Assembly: GCA_965116685.1 (NCBI GenBank)
Contig: OZ220707.1
Location: 16,714-80,713 of the forward strand
Length of the DNA stretch: 64,000 nucleotides
Direction of reading: 5' to 3'
DNA from: Rhodothermales bacterium
GTDB taxonomy: Bacteria > Bacteroidota > Rhodothermia > Rhodothermales > Bin80
In this document: positions 62,220-64,000 of the stretch, piece after piece
Position numbering within the stretch: position 1 is the first letter of the stretch
Layout: the number at the start of each line of letters is the position of its first letter
Made by a program: the position numbers and the translations under genes
Notes under the pieces: generated by a model
Databases searched by the model: none
Told to the model about the DNA's origin: nothing
What the model saw: only the letters and a program-made list of their open reading frames with translations

Positions 62220-62527
62220 CCATTCAGTTGAGCAAGGTAGTAGCTATATGCCATGGCCGGGGCCGCAAATAATGGTTTGACCTCGGCCCAGGTCTCTTTG
62301 AATAGATCCGACTCCCGATAAGACTTTAGGCTTGATTCCGATTCCCATTCGCTATAGGTGGTGAATATGTTTGCCGACGTGCTATCCACCCATAGCTCAA
62401 GTCGTTTACATCCCTGTACCTGTCGAATTTTTGGAGCAACGGCCTGGAACAGTTGCTCAAATGATTTTGTGGCATCCGGTTGTAGCGTAAGCCGAACGAT
62501 TCTAATCAGCATGGGAATTGATTGCAC
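62216..62527 (-). CDS. Antibiotic-biosynthesis-monooxygenase (ABM) fold protein
   Basis: ~100 aa with IVRLTLQPD...F...GC.RLELW....ANIFTTYSEWESESSLKSY, a ferredoxin-like ABM pattern. Confidence 0.6.
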   Translation of the reverse strand: MQSIPMLIRIVRLTLQPDATKSFEQLFQAVAPKIRQVQGCKRLELWVDSTSANIFTTYSEWESESSLKSYRESDLFKETWAEVKPLFAAPAMAYSYYLAQLNG

Positions 62528-63365
62528 GATTCAGTTCATCACGCAGCTGTCGTGCGGCATTTGCAGCCATCGCGTCAAAATCTCCGTCGGAGGAAGCATA
62601 GAGGATGCCACGGCTGCTGTTTACAAGAACAAGCCCGTTGGAAGTCGCTACATTTGCCACGGCATCGATAGAACCTCTCTGTGCTCCGATGCCAGGGATC
62701 AGAAAAGGTGTGCTTGGATATAGTTTGCGCAGATGGAGTAATTCTGTTGGATTGGTTGCGCCCACAACAAATCCAATGGATCCTGGGAACTCTTCTCCCC
62801 ATGTAAAGGCAAGATGAGCAACATGTGCATATAAAGGCTCCCCGTAAATCATCAGGGATTGCAGTTGATCACTGCTGGGGTTCGAGGTCCGAACCAGAAC
62901 GAATACCGCGCGGTCTTTGTATGCCAGAAATGGTTCCACGGCATCCAAACCCATGTATGGCGCAACCGTGCAGCCATCCGCTTCCAGTAAACCGAAGATG
63001 CTATCAGCGTATTTCGAGGCTGTATTGCCAATATCACCACGCTTTGCATCAATAATTCGAATCTTATCCTTGGGAATGAAGTCAACGGTGGTTTTCAATA
63101 CGTCAAAACCGCAACTCCCAAGACTCTCATAGAATGCAGCATTGAGTTTGTAGGCACAGGCATAGGGAACTGTAGCTTGAATGATCGCCTCATTGAACGC
63201 CAGGACAGCAGACTGGTGGGATCTATATTTTTTGCGCAGAGATTTCGGCAGCTTGTTCAGATCTGGATCCAATCCCACACAAACCACACTGTCAGAGATG
63301 GTCTGAGCATCCTGCAGTCGTTGAATGAAGTAAGGCTTCATCATCAGGGAGAGGTTGAAGATCAA
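62502..63365 (-). CDS. pyrF: Orotidine-5'-phosphate decarboxylase (type 2)
   Basis: VCVGLDPDLNKLP, IIDAKRGDIGNTA, LVRTSNP, PGIGAQRG. Confidence 0.85.
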   Translation of the reverse strand: MIFNLSLMMKPYFIQRLQDAQTISDSVVCVGLDPDLNKLPKSLRKKYRSHQSAVLAFNEAIIQATVPYACAYKLNAAFYESLGSCGFDVLKTTVDFIPKDKIRIIDAKRGDIGNTASKYADSIFGLLEADGCTVAPYMGLDAVEPFLAYKDRAVFVLVRTSNPSSDQLQSLMIYGEPLYAHVAHLAFTWGEEFPGSIGFVVGATNPTELLHLRKLYPSTPFLIPGIGAQRGSIDAVANVATSNGLVLVNSSRGILYASSDGDFDAMAANAARQLRDELNRAINSHAD

Positions 63366-63549
63366 CGATGGCCTCTATGATACGAATAGGGGGTGGTTTT
63401 GCTCGGAACACATATGAATCGTATCATAGAGGTGCTGCGAAATGCAAACAGGGCTCATATCAGTGAACCAGAACCAAGTATAGGCATATTCGAGTTGTAG
63501 TCTCATACAGCTGAATTGTCCATTCATGTAAACTGAATCATTACCATCT

Positions 63550-64000
63550 ATGTCTGCTGCCACTGAAATCTTAAAAATACCTTCACTCAGTTTGGGTATT
63601 GAAGAAGAATACCTGATTGTAGATCGAGATACAGGCAAGTTGATCCGTGAAGCATCCCCAATGATGTTGAAGGATGCCCGGTTCGCACTTGGCGAGCAGG
63701 TTTCACAAGAATTTTTTCAGTCCCAAATCGAAGTGGGCACAAATGTCTGTAAAACAGTCCAGGAGGCCCGCGAAGAACTGGTTCGACTACGCAGAACGGT
63801 ATCCGATGTGGTTGATCCCTATGGGCTTGCAATCATTGCCGCCTCATCGCATCCGAATGCATCCTATATCACACAGAGACATACCCCTCGGGAACGCTAT
63901 GAAATTCTGGCTCAAAACATGCAAGTCATTGCCCAGAGAATGGTGATTTGTGGAATGCATATACATGCCGGGATTGAGGATGCGAATTTGAGGATTGATT
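63550..64000 (+). CDS. Carboxylate-amine ligase (YbdK/GCS2 family), 5' partial, runs off the right edge
   Basis: From the ATG at 63550: MSAATEILKIPSLSLGIEEEYLIVDRDTGKL...FQSQIEVGT...ICGMHIHAGI, typical of GCS2. Open to the window end, so absent from the ORF track. Confidence 0.75.
   Translation, partial: MSAATEILKIPSLSLGIEEEYLIVDRDTGKLIREASPMMLKDARFALGEQVSQEFFQSQIEVGTNVCKTVQEAREELVRLRRTVSDVVDPYGLAIIAASSHPNASYITQRHTPRERYEILAQNMQVIAQRMVICGMHIHAGIEDANLRID

Overview
This is a 64-kb chromosomal segment of mid GC. A TonB-dependent receptor, a DUF4175-type giant protein, a BNR/sortilin-like protein and SEL1 repeats suggest a Bacteroidota/Rhodothermota-like bacterium. That placement is inference only. 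All family calls are made by eye from motifs, and no searches were run.

Layout:
- (i) 0.1-10.9 kb: HPF-like protein, class II DAHP synthase, iolC-like kinase, and two RND efflux pumps arranged divergently with one adaptor.
- (ii) 10.9-31 kb: an accessory mosaic.
  - A Type III-like mod-res restriction-modification locus is dead. res carries a Tn5/IS50-like element (exact 8-bp target duplication) plus a frameshift. mod is split by an IS110-family element sitting in a poly-G tract.
  - A Panacea (DUF4065) antitoxin-like gene overlaps a small one-TM ORF.
  - mmsA/iolA lies between the accessory blocks.
  - An orphan P-loop ATPase gene is split twice. One split is an IS whose transposase gene itself contains a full group II intron. 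The other is a 646-bp ORF-less copy of the same intron.
- (iii) 31-47 kb: BNR/sortilin-like exoprotein, class I aldolase fbaB, and a tightly coupled 10-gene minus-strand operon. The operon combines a sugar-type ABC importer with a 1,5-anhydrofructose-reductase-like enzyme, BetA/BetB-like oxidation enzymes, a CoA-transferase and a crotonase.
- (iv) 46.9-50.1 kb: an IS630 element, degenerate non-coding DNA, and an NYN/LabA-like gene preceded by three tandem 33-bp hairpin repeats. Its 5' module is duplicated 1 kb away.
- (v) 50.6-64 kb: etfBA, chrA, DCC oxidoreductase, DUF4175 giant coiled-coil protein, glgC, lipoprotein, TonB-dependent receptor, SEL1 protein, ABM monooxygenase, pyrF, and a partial GCS2 ligase.

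I saw no rRNA, tRNA or CRISPR array. The best candidates for something undescribed are:
- the hybrid sugar-import/acyl-CoA operon;
- the PanA plus small membrane ORF pair;
- the DruA-like (DUF4338) domain fused to a Tn5-like transposase;
- the bridge-RNA-like leader of the IS110 element;
- the NYN hairpin-repeat module.
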